From positions 12,480,001-12,544,000 of the forward strand of contig CP068257.2 in the NCBI GenBank assembly GCA_009914755.4: a stretch of DNA of 64,000 bases. The letters are read 5' to 3'. The notes beneath the pieces were generated by a model. That model made no database searches and was not told the origin of the DNA. It saw only the letters and a list, made by a program, of their open reading frames with translations. The first letter of the stretch is position 1. Each line of letters opens with the position of its first letter. The DNA comes from the human T2T-CHM13v2.0 reference genome, Homo sapiens. The translations under genes were made by a program, and so were the position numbers. Below, in pieces: positions 63,001 through 64,000 of this stretch.

Positions 63001-64000
63001 GGAGAGAGGAAGATGAACTACCACTGTTTGCAGACAACATGATCCTATCTCTAGAAAACCCTATAGTCTCTGCCCAAATGCCTCTTAAATTGATAAAGAA
63101 GAACTTCAGCAAAGTCTTAGGATACAAAATCAATGTGCAAAAATCACTATTATTCCTATACACCAACAAAGTCAAGCCTAGAGCCAAATCAGGAATTAAC
63201 TCTCATTCACAATTGCCACAAAAAGAATAAAATACCTAGGAATACATCTAACTAACTAGGGTAGTGAAAGGTCTCTACTAGGAGAACAACAAAACACTGC
63301 CCAGATAAATCAGAGATGGCACACAAAAATAATCGAAAAACATACCATGCTCATGGATAGAAAGAATCAGTATCATTAAAATGACCATACTGCCCAAAGC
63401 AATTTATAGATTCAATGTGATTCCTATTAAACTACCATTGAGAGTATTCACAGAATGAGAAAAAAAAAACTATTTTAAAATTCACATGGAACCAAAAAAG
63501 GGCCCAAATAGCCAAGGCAATCCTAAGCACAAAGAACAAGGCTGGAGGCATCACACTACCTGACTTCAAACTATACTACAGGGCTACAATAACCAAAACA
63601 GCATGATCCTAGTACAAAAGCAGACACATAAACCAGTGGAACAGAGTAGAGAACCCAGACATAATGCTGCACACCTACAACTAGCTGATCTTCAACAAAC
63701 CTGCCAAAAACAATGGAAAGGATTCCCTGTCGAATAAGTGGTGCTGGGATAACTGACTAGCCATATGAAGAAGATTGAAACTGGACTCCTTCCTTACATC
63801 ATATACAAAAATTAACTGAAGAGGGATTAAAAACATAAAATGTAAAACCCAACACTACAAAAGCCCTGAAAGACAACTTAGGCAATACCATTCAGAACAT
63901 AGACACAGGCTAAGATTTCACGACAAAGACACCAAACGCAATTGCAACTAAAACAAAAATTAACAAGTGGGATCTAATTAAACTAAAGAGCTTCTGCACA
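60086..64000 (+). mobile_element. 5'-truncated older primate L1 (L1PB/L1PA-old-like) starting inside ORF1 and running through ORF2 off the window end
   Basis: ORF1 text (MLQVLTNKIASIEDNVTDWLELKNTLQEFHNAITGINSRIDQAEERIS…, …RHIIIRFSKVEMKKKNVKGSQREKPGHLQRGAIRLTEHLSAETLQARTDWEPMFKILKENKFQSRISYLGKLSFISKRDIRSF…) runs into ORF2 EN text (…[24 protein letters not shown]…) and RT text (…[49 protein letters not shown]…). It is about 15-20 % diverged from the full-length L1 at 29430, with many stops. Confidence 0.8.

Overview
This 64-kb window is AT-rich, repeat-dense primate (human-like) nuclear DNA and contains nothing prokaryotic. Its one real gene is hidden as eight short, phase-consistent GT-AG exons on the minus strand, which together encode the catalytic core of a pancreatic-lipase-family phospholipase A1. 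From my recollection of the protein sequence this is LIPI (lipase member I), exons 2-9; exon 1 and the last exon were not found in the window. The six-frame ORF track catches only three fragments of these exons. Most of the rest is transposon sequence: a full-length but coding-dead L1PA with about 15-bp target-site duplications that lies 272 bp from exon 5 and antisense to the gene, at least six further L1 fragments (two internally deleted, one carrying a 125-bp internal tandem duplication), about 13 Alus (one young AluY with 16-bp TSDs, one chimeric), MIR and L2 relics, MaLR LTRs, an ERV solo LTR with TSDs and a Tigger-like fragment. Non-TE structure includes a TA-rich minisatellite with a 29-bp period next to a roughly 93-bp-arm palindrome (both inserted into an old L1 ORF2), a 150-bp purine tract and a CpG-retaining segment of unknown origin. 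All coordinates come from hand alignment; repeat family names and the gene identity rest on memory of consensus sequences and should be confirmed with RepeatMasker and BLAST.
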